A DNA stretch of 63,018 bases, counting the filler, from Aduncisulcus paluster (taxonomy: Eukaryota): the NCBI GenBank assembly GCA_024181965.1. It is 7 parts of 7 records of this genome, joined end to end, with 100 filler letters (N's around TTAATTAATTAA, not from the genome) between each part and the next. Parts side by side here need not be neighbours in the genome. Positions count along the whole stretch, not along the records: positions 46,945 to 59,065 come from BQXS01011162.1; 6 more parts are not named here. One strand, written 5' to 3'. A program made the translations under genes and the position numbers. The notes under the pieces are model-generated. The model did no database searches. It worked only from the letters and a program-made list of their open reading frames with translations, and was not told the origin of the DNA. Below are positions 47,143 through 58,694 of the stretch, in pieces (position 1 is the stretch's first letter; every line of letters starts with the position of its first letter).

Positions 47143-48693
47143 TCAATCATTTCCGTTAATAATATCAGAGATAGTGGAAATGAACCCAAGAAGACCACAT
47201 ACTATTCCAAAAACGATAAGAATAATTCCAATTACTTGTACCCACCTTCTTCTCTCAATTGCTACCAAGAAGAAACCGGGAAAGACGAATACAACGGCTG
47301 TACCGAACAACGATCCTACAATTGAGAACAAAATCCCAAGGTCATCGACAAGCATGGCCACACCAGTAGCAAATGCCACGATAAAGAATGATATCACTCT
47401 TTTAATGGCAAGAGATGGTTCTTGGACCTCTCCAAATGGAACTCCAGATATATCATCTTCGTCATCTCCAAGCAACTCAACAGGCTGTTCAGAAGCAGGA
47501 GATGTGATTAGTTCATCATCAGACGGCATGAGTTGATTGTCGAGAGGAGGCTTACTCTCATCAGAAGTAACAACCGAGGGAGTAGAGGTTGCCAGATCTT
47601 GAACTGTGATACTGCCCGCTTTGTCCTTTTGTTGGTCTTTTTTCTGCTCCTTAGAAAAGAACAATTCAATGATTGTACCTCTAAAACTGAACTGAACAAG
47701 AGGGAATGAGAAACAAAGAGTCACAAATAGAGCAATTCGAGCAATGTCGGCAGCAAGATAACCAGCCGGGAAGGAATTGAGAATGTTGGATGCAGTATCA
47801 TCTCTGAAAACACTGTATCCACTAATAGACATTGAGAAATAAAGAGAAGACACGATAATAGCAGTGTTAATAAGGACTTTACGCATCTTGGGAACAGACC
47901 TCTCATCAAGTTCAAGGTATATCCGCTGGACGTTGAAATGGGCAGCATACGAAAGGGCACAGAGAGATATTGCTCGGGCAACTCCAATATTGGCTTCGAA
48001 AAGGACAATCTCACCTGATCCATAGGGTTCCGTTCCACAAGCACATTGAATACCATATGTAATGACAATAAAGACACAAATTACAACACATAGAATGGCA
48101 AAGAATGAAGAGAATCGCAAAAAGTCAATAGATTTGGCCATGGATAATGGAAGGAGGATGAATACACAAGAAATGATAATTAGGAATCTCCTCCTTGACC
48201 ACCAGGGGTCATCAGAAGTATCAAACATATCAGCAACGATATCGGTGGTGTAATCTCCAATAATTAGGGGGAAAGAACAAAGACCGGAGAGAGTGAAGAA
48301 ACCGACAAAAATCTCGGCTAAAAGTCCAATGTTTTTACCATAAAGGCGTTCAGCGACACCACGGTAACTGGTAGCTCCGGTGAATTCACTTGCTACAATC
48401 AAAACATCATATGTAAACATTGAAGAAAGAGCTACAACCAAAAGAATGATAATTCCAAGAACTAATCCAGTGAGTTTAAATGCATATGGCAATGATAAAA
48501 TCCCTGATCCTGTTATAGAATTTGATAAATTAAAGGTTGAGGCGAGAACTGATGATTTTACAAGTAGACTCCTCCTTACAGCTGGCGAAGGAGACATGGT
48601 TAATTGGGGACTTGCTCCCCTTGAATCTGATATAGGGAAATATGTTTGCCTCGCATCATCAAGAGGAGACACAGATGGAGATCTTGAATACAT
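47143..48693 (-). CDS. Amino acid transporter, AAAP/SLC38 family
   Basis: FNLSNSITGSGILSLPYAF, LPLS, SYAAHFNV..IY.EL, GY..F..T.SNIL, FSFPL, VFVFPG; about 11 TM segments. Confidence 0.92.
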   Translation of the reverse strand: MYSRSPSVSPLDDARQTYFPISDSRGASPQLTMSPSPAVRRSLLVKSSVLASTFNLSNSITGSGILSLPYAFKLTGLVLGIIILLVVALSSMFTYDVLIVASEFTGATSYRGVAERLYGKNIGLLAEIFVGFFTLSGLCSFPLIIGDYTTDIVADMFDTSDDPWWSRRRFLIIISCVFILLPLSMAKSIDFLRFSSFFAILCVVICVFIVITYGIQCACGTEPYGSGEIVLFEANIGVARAISLCALSYAAHFNVQRIYLELDERSVPKMRKVLINTAIIVSSLYFSMSISGYSVFRDDTASNILNSFPAGYLAADIARIALFVTLCFSFPLVQFSFRGTIIELFFSKEQKKDQQKDKAGSITVQDLATSTPSVVTSDESKPPLDNQLMPSDDELITSPASEQPVELLGDDEDDISGVPFGEVQEPSLAIKRVISFFIVAFATGVAMLVDDLGILFSIVGSLFGTAVVFVFPGFFLVAIERRRWVQVIGIILIVFGIVCGLLGFISTISDIINGND

Positions 48694-49477
48694 GACGAGG
48701 GAAAGGTCTATATAATATAAATAATAAGGATATAATTTTAAATGGAGAAGAAACTATGTTTCAAATCAAATAATTATATTTTGTTGGATGCCTTGTATCA
48801 CCAAAAAATGGAAATTTGAAACGTCAAGAAGAAAGTTGACCTATACATCCAAGAAGCTTCTTTCCCATATAGACAGCCTATACAGAAATATTGACTATTT
48901 ATATCAATGTAAAAGGTTGGTGAAGTATCCCAGACAGAAAAATCCGGACGGATTCCGTCCGTGACATATTATGAAGGTTTTACGAAATTCCATCGCAATA
49001 ATCGTTTCGAATTTGAGTGTTTACTGGCGAAAACCAGACAAAAATGTGGCTCTCTGCCTTTTTCACCGATATTATTGATGGAAACAAACAAAGATGATTG
49101 CAAATTGATTCAATAATTGAAATCGAAACATTTAATTTTCTTTTTACTCGTTTTATTTCCTTCTACTCCTTGAAATACTCTGACCATCTCAGGAAACTTG
49201 ATAGAAAAAGGTGTCGAAAATACCAATAATAGGCAGTACTATTCAGATTTATGAATCAAAAGAGTGCGGGAAAATAAATAATAAACTCCATATCACACAA
49301 GTTTTATCAATCATAATATAATCAAGTGACTTAAGAAGGAAATGGAGAAATTTGGAACGAAACATGACATCACTCACACTCGATATTTGTTATATCAATA
49401 ATAATAATAATAAATATTGGAATAAAATTAAAAAAAAAGACAAAAATAAATTAATAACAAATGGCATGCTGACAATA

Positions 49478-50707
49478 TTACAAATCAAACAAATTCATGT
49501 CTAAAGGATTGATTGGAGTGATCATGGCTGCCCTCGCCCCATCGCGTATCGATGAAGAGATAAGTGGATCTGTAGCGGGATCTGATATCTCACTCGTTAA
49601 GTGCTCTCCAAGAAGGAGATGGGATACTTGGGTGTTGGGATCAGATTCGTCAATATCATGCCATTTCTTCCTCTTTAAAAGCCCTTTCTTATACAATACA
49701 ATGAGTACGACAACAAGTGCAACGAAAACGATGCAACAAAGGTACATCACAGTGCACGTCACATATCGATCAACTTGAGGCTCAACAGCGCTAAAGCCTG
49801 TCACTCCAAAACGGATCAGATACTGGGCACAAACACTTCGACTGTCATACACATCAAATGAAATGAATGAGAACGGTAACGTATACAACTCACCGCAAAA
49901 ATGATTGTCAGAGTAATCATACACATCAGAAATAGGATCCTCCACATAGATATATGAATTTGGAATCTGATTAAGAATCTGAGTAAAGTCAATCATTGTC
50001 TCAGCCAAAAGGAAATTACCGTCAGTGTCAATTGGGGACACCGCAATATTATAATGTGACTGACTAGTCCAGGAAACGCATGAGTCGTCACATTGGACAG
50101 CATCTCCGCTCGTCGAAGTATCGCATTGTTGTTGTTTATATTTGTCTTTGGACGAAAAAAACACAAAATCAGTCAAAGCTTCCACACCAATAGGATTATC
50201 GGGATCAACAACATTAAAAATCTCTCCGTTTATCCCTTCATTTCCAACAAAAGTACTATGATATTCATAGTCAAAATCTAAATCATCGGCAACGTCAAAT
50301 GAAAAATATGAAAAACTTTGAGAAATAACATCAATTCCAGCTTGTTGCATCCAATAATGATCATTCGAGTCAAAAATGTCCCAACATGATTGAGAAAGTT
50401 TAAGATTATTTGGAGAATAAGAGTTCACAACAACAGGAGAATCTGAATATCCAACAAGGGGCTGTAGATGCAATTCTGCTGATTGAAGTGTAAATATTGA
50501 AGAAAATTGCTCATCCTCGGTAGGAGTAGGCGTTGGACTGTGAGTTAGGGCATATTCCAAAAAACTTTGCTTTTGATCATTCCATTTATCCCAGTCAGCA
50601 TATTGGTTTACAGACTTAATAAGTTCTACTGTTCCAACAATAAAAAAAATAACTGCAATTATTATGGTGACACAAAAGGAAAAAATAAACACCCTTCTAA
50701 CGTTCAT
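49478..50707 (-). CDS. Hypothetical protein with N- and C-terminal TM helices and an acidic ectodomain
   Basis: 409-aa ATG ORF with two hydrophobic stretches, the second followed by KKGLLKRKK. Confidence 0.75.
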   Translation of the reverse strand: MNVRRVFIFSFCVTIIIAVIFFIVGTVELIKSVNQYADWDKWNDQKQSFLEYALTHSPTPTPTEDEQFSSIFTLQSAELHLQPLVGYSDSPVVVNSYSPNNLKLSQSCWDIFDSNDHYWMQQAGIDVISQSFSYFSFDVADDLDFDYEYHSTFVGNEGINGEIFNVVDPDNPIGVEALTDFVFFSSKDKYKQQQCDTSTSGDAVQCDDSCVSWTSQSHYNIAVSPIDTDGNFLLAETMIDFTQILNQIPNSYIYVEDPISDVYDYSDNHFCGELYTLPFSFISFDVYDSRSVCAQYLIRFGVTGFSAVEPQVDRYVTCTVMYLCCIVFVALVVVLIVLYKKGLLKRKKWHDIDESDPNTQVSHLLLGEHLTSEISDPATDPLISSSIRDGARAAMITPINPLDMNLFDL

Positions 50708-51194
50708 AATTTTGTATTCACGAGAAGAAAACGTGAAATTGAGTAAGTGCTATTCTCTAAGTTTATATGAAGATGTTAAAGGTGAATTATTGATAATATG
50801 ATTACATAAAATATGTAGAAGTCAAATTCTCTTGATATAGTTGCTTGGATAGAGCGAGGGAAATGTGACAAGCTATCTTGGGAACACAATGATAAGTTTT
50901 GCTTTTATGAAGATATTTTTGTAGTTAATTATGATTATACGTTATTAATTAACTTTAAATAGCATCGTATTTTCATATTGAATGTGTAAGGATCCTGCGA
51001 TCATCGATAAAGGTAAATAAAATAAAAGAGTGAAATTTGATAATTAAATAGTCAATATTTTAGTTATATACGGACTTCAACCCGATTTTCCATTTTTTCG
51101 TCGATGCGCCACTTCAATTTTCATCTTTCATTATTTTATCGTGTTTTGTGAAAATACCCGTGCTCTATTTTTTTCAAATAGGCAATATTTGACC

Positions 51195-52694
51195 ATGATT
51201 AAGTTATTTCGGTGCTTTAGCGGAAAATTAAAACAAAAATGTCAATGTGTAACAGTACATCCCTTAGGGCAGCAGGTTGTTGGTGCTCATGGATCTAATT
51301 TGACTGTGTTTAATCTTATTGTACCTTTGCGAGCTACTAGATATATTGGTCATACAGATACTATCCTTTCTTGTGATTACCATCCTTCAAAACGATTGAT
51401 CGCAACAGGATCTGAAGATAAAACCATTAGATTGTGGGTCCCTGATGTTAGAGGAAATTCAATATATCATCATGCTCATCAAGCTGCTGTTCAATCTGTT
51501 AATTTTTCTCCTGATACCACTTCTCTTGTTTCCTGTTCAAATGACAAATCTATAAAAACTTGGGACGTTGATCGTCTCGCTTTCAAATCATCATTTTTAG
51601 GTCATAGAAATTGGGTAAGAGATGTCAAATATTCCCCTTGTGGACGTATGATTGCTTCTTGTAGTGATGATAATACAGTTCGTGTGTGGGACACAAGAAT
51701 GGGCAAAGAAGTCAACCATATTCCTGTCCGTATCAGAGAAAGAGGAGAAACGCGTGCCTTGGCAGCTGCATACAGACATGCTCAAGCTTTGGAAAGTGCT
51801 CATGGCCTCGACATCCCCTCGTCTGTTGATATCTCCGGGAATGGTGTACTATTGGCGTGTAGCGTAGGTGCTGTTGTGAATGTGTGGGATCTTAGAACAA
51901 ACGATAGCGTATGTTATTTCACTTCACATGCTCAACGCGTCAATCGTGTTCGTTTCAGGAAACCCTCTGATTGGGGCCAGGCTTCTGGTTCTTCTGAGCT
52001 GCTTATGAGTTGCTCGAACGATGGTAATGTATGTATATACGACTGTAAGCGTTCAGTACTGAAGTTTACTGTGACTGCCCACTCTGGTGGAGTGTGTGAT
52101 TGTTGCTGGAGTGGAGATGGCTCTAGGTTCATCACAGGCGGAGAGGACGGAATGACAATGGTATGGGACTTTGGAAAGAAGACCACACGGACAGGAAGGA
52201 AGGCAAGGACAAGGGTGGTAGAGGAAGAAGAGATGGTGAGAAGTATAGAAAAAGAGGAGGAAGAACTTAGAATGCAAGAGGAAATACAGAGGAGAGAAGA
52301 GGAAAGAAGAAGAGAAGAGGAAATACAGAGGAGAGAAGAGGAAAGAAGAAGAGAAGAGGAAATACTGAGGAGAGAAGAGGAAAGAAGAAGAGAAGAGGAA
52401 AGAAGAAAAGAAGAGGAAAAATTGAGAATTAGAGAAGAAGTAAGAATGCAGGAGGAAGAGAGGAAATTGGAGGAAGACCGGAGGATTATGCAAGAAAAAA
52501 GAATGCAGGAGGAAAAGATGCATATTGAGGAGGAGTTGTATACCGGAGGTTTGATGCCAAATGTTCAAGAGGAAACGCCTATGACTCCTCTTTCAGAATT
52601 GGTTTCTATCATGCAAATGTTTCATAAATCTGTCTCTGATCGTCTTTCAAAGATCGAAGAACGATTGGACGTATTTGAAGCGCAAAAGAAATGA
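51195..52694 (+). CDS. POC1: POC1 centriolar WD40 protein
   Basis: Seven WD40 repeats (DKTIRLWVP..RG, AHQAAVQSVNFS, F..S..GHRNWVR) and a C-terminal RLSKIEERL Poc1-type coiled coil. First ATG at 51195. Confidence 0.85.
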   Translation: MIKLFRCFSGKLKQKCQCVTVHPLGQQVVGAHGSNLTVFNLIVPLRATRYIGHTDTILSCDYHPSKRLIATGSEDKTIRLWVPDVRGNSIYHHAHQAAVQSVNFSPDTTSLVSCSNDKSIKTWDVDRLAFKSSFLGHRNWVRDVKYSPCGRMIASCSDDNTVRVWDTRMGKEVNHIPVRIRERGETRALAAAYRHAQALESAHGLDIPSSVDISGNGVLLACSVGAVVNVWDLRTNDSVCYFTSHAQRVNRVRFRKPSDWGQASGSSELLMSCSNDGNVCIYDCKRSVLKFTVTAHSGGVCDCCWSGDGSRFITGGEDGMTMVWDFGKKTTRTGRKARTRVVEEEEMVRSIEKEEEELRMQEEIQRREEERRREEEIQRREEERRREEEILRREEERRREEERRKEEEKLRIREEVRMQEEERKLEEDRRIMQEKRMQEEKMHIEEELYTGGLMPNVQEETPMTPLSELVSIMQMFHKSVSDRLSKIEERLDVFEAQKK

Positions 52695-52981
52695 TTTTTG
52701 CTCCAAATTGAAATCTCAAAACCTTTAATCTAAATATTTTTATTCAGACTGTCTGGATCAAACATCAGGCCTATAGGAGTCCGATTCGGATAGATAGATC
52801 TACGATAGTCTATCCTTGATAGAATTTATCTAGTATGATATAGGCTATATCACTAATATAGTGTTTTGAAAGAGACTATAAATAATAAAATAGATTTAAA
52901 TATAATTTTAAATTATTAATTTAATAAATCCATGATCTTGACTCAGGATCTTGAGAAAAAAGATCAGATGGCCTCGATACA

Positions 52982-55525
52982 TTACTTTCCTGTTCTATCA
53001 AGAGGAATCTGACGAGTAAGGTACTCAAGAGCTTTCCTGAGTTTATCAACCCTCTGTTTCAATACACCCACTTCTCCACCATGTTGCTGAACTGACAGAC
53101 CATGTTTCTCAACAACACTCCGCAGCTGGGTGACATCTTCTGCCACGATGGCTGCAGTCATCATGAGACCCTTTTCAAGCTCATTCACCCTTTTTCCTTC
53201 TTCATGGCCTGCTTCTTCGAGTCGCTTTGCAAACTCATCACGTTCAATCGTAATCTCTCTCAGTCTTTCAGCAACAGCTCCGGCAGCAATAGCGCTCTTC
53301 TGAAGTACTTCACATTTTGCTCTATATTGGGACCTAGATTGCTGGAGTTTCAAAATGGTTTCCTGCATCGACTCAATCTCTTTCTCTCTCTTCTGGAGGT
53401 TCCTGTGATCTTGTTCTGCACGCTTCGAGAGGGCTTCTTCTCGTTCCCTAAGAGTTTGTTCCTTATGAGTTAATGACATAGAACGTTTGGAAAGGGAATC
53501 TTCCCGATCTTTTAAGCTCTGTTCTTTGGATGAGAGAGAGGAGGAATGCTTCGTCAAGGATGCTTCTCGATCCTGGAATTTTTTGTCCATTTCGCGAGAT
53601 AGGTCCTCTTTTTGTTTCTCAAGGTTTTGTTCTCTTCGAACGAGTTCATCAGCAAGCTTAGATACAGTCTCTTTTTGCTCTTGTAATTCCTTTTCCTTCA
53701 ATACAAAATCAGACTGTTTCGAGGACAAAGCGGATTCATGGACTTCGACTTCTTTCACTCGCTTCTCAGATTCTGCAAAAATACTCTCTAATTCATCCTC
53801 TTTATCTTGCAATTCTTGAGCTTTCTCTTCAAGCTCTTTCTTCTTGGATTCGAACTCTTGTTCTTTCGCTTCAAACTCTTTCTTCTTGGATTCAAACTCT
53901 TGTTCTTTTGCTTCAAGTTCATCAGCAAGCTTAGACACAGTCTCTTTTTGCTCTTGTAATTCCTTTTCCTTCAATACAAAATCAGACTGTTTCGAGGACA
54001 AAGCGGATTCATGGACTTCGACTTCTTTCACTCGCTTCTCAGATTCTGCAAAAATACTCTCTAATTCATCCTCTTTATCTTGCAATTCTTGAGCTTTCTC
54101 TTCAAGCTCTTTCTTCTTGGATTCGAACTCTTGTTCTTTTGCTTCAGGTTCTTTCCTCTTGGATTCAAACTTTCGTTCTTTCTCTTCAAGCTCTTTCTTC
54201 TTGGATTCAAACTCTTGTTCTTTTGCTTCAAGTAATGTTGGAATATCTCTGCTGGCTTCAAGAAAACCAACACTCTCGGCACCACGGATTCTATCCCTTT
54301 CCTGGAGCTCGTTAATAACTCTCTGATATTCGGCATAGAGCTGTTTGCTGTATTTCTCAGCTTGTTCGAGGCGTTCCTGGACATTTTGAAGCTCATCGCG
54401 GAGAGTGGCTGCGGCAACAGAGTCCAAAGCACCGGATCTAATCTCATTTTCATTATCTTTCCGAATTTTGGCTTTCTCTTGATCCCATAATTTCTTCTGA
54501 ATTTCATGTGTTTGTTTGAGGGTATAAAGTTCTTCCTTCACTTGGATACATTCTTGAATAGTTTTCATGGACGTTTCCTCTAATTCAGATAATTTGCTTT
54601 CGGCATGTTCAGCACGCTCTTGGAGATGCGTGGCCCGTTCATCTGAGGCTTTGCGGGAAATCTTTGTAATTTCTTCCATTTGAGCAGAGATACGATCTTC
54701 TCGAGTCTTCAAACGTGAATTTTCGATCGAAATTTCCTGATACCGATCCGTGAGTTGCGAAAACTCGGCTCGAATCTTTACAAGCTCATCCTCAATCTGT
54801 TCTTTTTGAGTGGCATGAACAATCACACGTTGACGGGCATCTGAGCGGACTATTTCTAATTTTCTTCGATATTCATCGAGTTCTTTCTGTTTCATGTCAA
54901 AGCTGGCCTTCAAACTCTCAGTAGTGCGCAAAAGGGCAGCATGATCATCACATAAATGTGAAAGCTTGGTAGCGGTTTCCTCTGCATGTCTTCTAGTATC
55001 TTCGCACTCATATTGAAGCATTTTTTCACGTTTTGAAGGACTGGAAGCTGAAATCAAGAGATCAAAAATGTTTTCTGGCGAGATCGAAGGATCACGACCA
55101 TTTGGAAGTGGAACATGATGAATTGAGAATTCGTCTTCTCCTGGACCAAATCCTGAACGGTGGGCATCTCGAAGCATACTGGCCAATTTTGCCAACCTAT
55201 CACGTCTCTCTTCTAATAAACTCTTTGAACATCTAGAAGAGTGATAATCCTGGGAATACTCTTCTTTTTTCGCGGTTTTAAATGTAATAGCAACATCTCT
55301 AACCATTTGATCTAAAGTAATACGGGCTAAATGTAAATTTGATCCTAACTCATCAAATATCGTGATAAATTCATCTTTGGAAAGTTTTGAATGTTCTTTA
55401 TATATGACTATTTCATAGATATGAGATAAAAAATTCCTAAATGTTATTAATGCTTGAGTTGACACCACATGAGCATTTGTCAGGCTGTTTATAAGGGCGT
55501 CGCCCATTTCCTTTTCGTTATTCAT
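52982..55525 (-). CDS. Long coiled-coil protein with a 273-nt internal duplication
   Basis: 847-aa E/K-rich ORF; repeat offset 273 (e.g. 53819/54092) and EAKEQEFESKKKE units. Confidence 0.8.
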   Translation of the reverse strand: MNNEKEMGDALINSLTNAHVVSTQALITFRNFLSHIYEIVIYKEHSKLSKDEFITIFDELGSNLHLARITLDQMVRDVAITFKTAKKEEYSQDYHSSRCSKSLLEERRDRLAKLASMLRDAHRSGFGPGEDEFSIHHVPLPNGRDPSISPENIFDLLISASSPSKREKMLQYECEDTRRHAEETATKLSHLCDDHAALLRTTESLKASFDMKQKELDEYRRKLEIVRSDARQRVIVHATQKEQIEDELVKIRAEFSQLTDRYQEISIENSRLKTREDRISAQMEEITKISRKASDERATHLQERAEHAESKLSELEETSMKTIQECIQVKEELYTLKQTHEIQKKLWDQEKAKIRKDNENEIRSGALDSVAAATLRDELQNVQERLEQAEKYSKQLYAEYQRVINELQERDRIRGAESVGFLEASRDIPTLLEAKEQEFESKKKELEEKERKFESKRKEPEAKEQEFESKKKELEEKAQELQDKEDELESIFAESEKRVKEVEVHESALSSKQSDFVLKEKELQEQKETVSKLADELEAKEQEFESKKKEFEAKEQEFESKKKELEEKAQELQDKEDELESIFAESEKRVKEVEVHESALSSKQSDFVLKEKELQEQKETVSKLADELVRREQNLEKQKEDLSREMDKKFQDREASLTKHSSSLSSKEQSLKDREDSLSKRSMSLTHKEQTLREREEALSKRAEQDHRNLQKREKEIESMQETILKLQQSRSQYRAKCEVLQKSAIAAGAVAERLREITIERDEFAKRLEEAGHEEGKRVNELEKGLMMTAAIVAEDVTQLRSVVEKHGLSVQQHGGEVGVLKQRVDKLRKALEYLTRQIPLDRTGK

Positions 55526-55797
55526 TTGAAAACTTCTTTAGATATGTCAATATACTAAAGAAAATGTGTTTGATGCACCTATTTCGCAAGAAATGGGAAA
55601 TGTTCGCGGTGGCGTAATTTGAGAGATTTACAGGCTGAAATGGAATTATTTTCACTTCCTTCTGTCTAATAAAACTAATTTTTACAAATAATATGGACAT
55701 TTATTGATAAGTTGCTGTATATGGTCGAATTTTGATCGAAAGAAAATCAGATTTATCGAAAGTTTCTGCTGGAAGAAATTATAATTTCTATATTATA

Positions 55798-58006
55798 ATG
55801 GAGTCAGAAGTATTATTAATGTTATTAGTAAACCTTAATTTTTGTCTTTATAATTCTTTCAGCTTACTTTTAGAACCCTTTTTCCAAAAAATTGCCCGAA
55901 GTTCAATTTTCCTTGATTCTGAAATATATTTTTTCTTACAGGTGATGAATAAGTATGAATTTATTGGAGTAAGTGGCGAAGGGTCGTTTGGAATTGTTTT
56001 AAAATGTAGAAATAAGGAAACAGGTGAACTTGTTGCTATCAAGAAATTTAAAGAACGTGAAAGCGATGAAGCGGTCCGTAAAACAACACTCAGANNNNNN
56101 NNNNNNNNNNNNNNATTTTTTCTTACAGGTGATGAATAAGTATGAATTTATTGGAGTAAGTGGCGAAGGGTCGTTTGGAATTGTTTTAAAATGTAGAAAT
56201 AAGGAAACAGGTGAACTTGTTGCTATCAAGAAATTTAAAGAACGTGAAAGCGATGAAGCGGTCCGTAAAACAACACTCAGAGAAGTTAAAATTTTAAAAG
56301 TATTAAAACATGAAAATATTACACGCCTAAAGGAAGCTTTTCGGCGAAAGGGGCGTTTATATATTGTTCTTGAATTTTGCGAAAGGTCTCTTTTAGATAC
56401 ACTTGAAGAACATCCTTCGGGGCTACCATTGGAAGAGGTTAAATGGTATACATATCAAATGTTAAAAGCAATAGAATTCTGCCATTCTCGTGATATTATT
56501 CATCGTGATTTAAAACCAGAAAATTTATTAATCAATAATATGAATGATAAAGTTATTAAATTATGTGATTTTGGTTTTGCTAGGTACATGTCTCATCTTC
56601 GAGATCCTCAATATACAGATTATGTAGCTACTCGGTGGTATAGATCCCCAGAACTCCTTTTAAATGCGACTGATTATGATTCTTCGGTTGATATATGGGC
56701 TATTGGTTGTATATTAGGTGAGTTAGCTGATGGCCAACCTGTTTTCCCAGGAGAGAGTGAGATTGATCAATTACATCTTATTCAGAAGACATTGGGGCCT
56801 CTTACTCGTAAACAGACAGAAACATTTATTAGAAACCCTCGTTATGTTGGTATTAGACTTCCTCAAGTCGTTCATCCAGAAACCCTTGAGAGGAAGTATT
56901 TTGGGAAGCTCCCACGCTCAGTTGTGAGTCTGATGAGTTCAATGCTTCAATTAGATCCGACTAAACGTCCATCCCCATCTGTATGTCTCTCACATTCTTT
57001 CTTTGATGAGGTTAGAGGCAGAGACTACGCCCGTGGTGGAGTGTTTGGTGGAAGAAGTACCACTGTGATGTTCCCACCTCATTCCCTTTCATCCCCCCAA
57101 TTTGCACGCTATCCGTACACTCTGGCGACTGGACAACATCATGGGGCCTCTTCGACTCACTCTTACAACTCTGAGACAAGCAGTATGGTATCTATGAGTT
57201 TCAGTGAGCGAGAAAGAGAGAGAGAAAGAGAAAGAGAGAGGGAGAGAGAAAGAGAAAGAGAGAGGGAGAGAGAGAGGGAGAATGAAGAAAGAGAAAGAAG
57301 AGAGAGAGAAGAAAGAGAACGGAGAGAACGTGAGAGAGAACGCTTTTTAGCTGAGAAAGAATCCAGGGCCTCTAGGGGCTGCTGCTGCTGCTGCTGCTGG
57401 TACTACGATGATGCCATCGATAGATCCACGGACATATGGAAGGTATGCTCAGCACGTGTCACATGTCACCACACGACAGACAAAGAGCAGGAGCCGTAGC
57501 CGTGTTAGTAAGAGTCGTAGGGCGTCAAGATCTCCTCCGAATCCCCAATTGCACTCGTTTGCTCAACAATATTCTTCTCTTCAGGGTCATGGAACACATG
57601 GCATGGGAGTGTCGTCGATGCATGGAATGGGTGTTCCGACGCATCAGGGTGCTGCTCCTCCTCCCACGGCTCCTGGAAGGGTTTCCATCACTGGACGTGC
57701 TGGCTCTGGGCTCAGAAAACTCATGGGCAGGCGTGAGAGAGAGAGAGGGAGAGGGATGACGCTTCTCACCTTGGCGGTGTTCCTGGCTTGAGTAGTCGTC
57801 GCACACCCTCACGAGCCGGCGGACAACTTCCTTCTCTATCTCCCGTGCCACGTGGAAGGATGGGCAGAAGGAGCAAGAGCCGGAAAGATACGTCTATTGG
57901 CGAGGACCTTTTCATTAATCGAGGTGGCCTTCCAAGTCTTCCCTACATGGGGGTTGATGACCAGCGAAAAGGAACAGGTCATCATTGGCAGAAAGGATAC
58001 GTATGA
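55798..58006 (+). CDS. CDKL-family (CDKL5/LF5-like) protein kinase; assembly overlap at the 56095-56114 gap and two tail frameshifts
   Basis: [35 protein letters not shown] and [14 protein letters not shown]. Probable exon 1 MESE (55798-55809) with intron 55810-55941. Confidence 0.85.
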
Positions 58007-58694
58007 TGAATTATTGATCTATACGTATTTCAAACTTATTTTAACAAAATATCAAACTCTAAAACTAATTCATCTTGTTTATTTTTTGAAAGATTTTCAA
58101 TTCTGAAATATAATATTTTTAAATATTTTATGCTAGGGTGATCCAAACTTTGTCAATTTGAAAATGGTTGGATTATCAATAGTTACAATAGTTATGCACT
58201 TCTCGATAATATAGAGTCGTGATAATCGTTTTTCAAGATTTTTATATGTTGTTTATCATTAAAACTTTATAAGGATTTTTTACAAAAATCTCCACTTTGT
58301 TCAATAAAAGTTTTTCAGCTCTGAATCATAATGATTCAATCATTCAGATGATTTATGATTATCATAATTATATTAATAATATGATAATCAGACAAATCAC
58401 AAAGAAATTGATCGAGGAAGAGAAGAAAGATGAGGTTATTAATGAAGGAAATACGAGTGATGGTTTTTGAATTTAACTTCTTATCCATTCAATAGTCAAA
58501 GTAAACTGAGTTAATCAATAAAATCTTCATTTCGTATTATGCTAAAGTCACCAAATATTTATATCCTGAAATCTTTCCAATTATAGTACAGTGGACAAAT
58601 AGTCGTTGCTATCTGATTCGGAACAGCGATTCTATTTCGAACGAATCTCCAAAACACTTGACGCTTGTTGTAAACACCATTTGAATCATCATAA

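Noticed and set aside
55928-56281. Duplicated kinase N-terminus
   Set aside because: Identical sequence either side of a 20-N gap; unmerged overlap.
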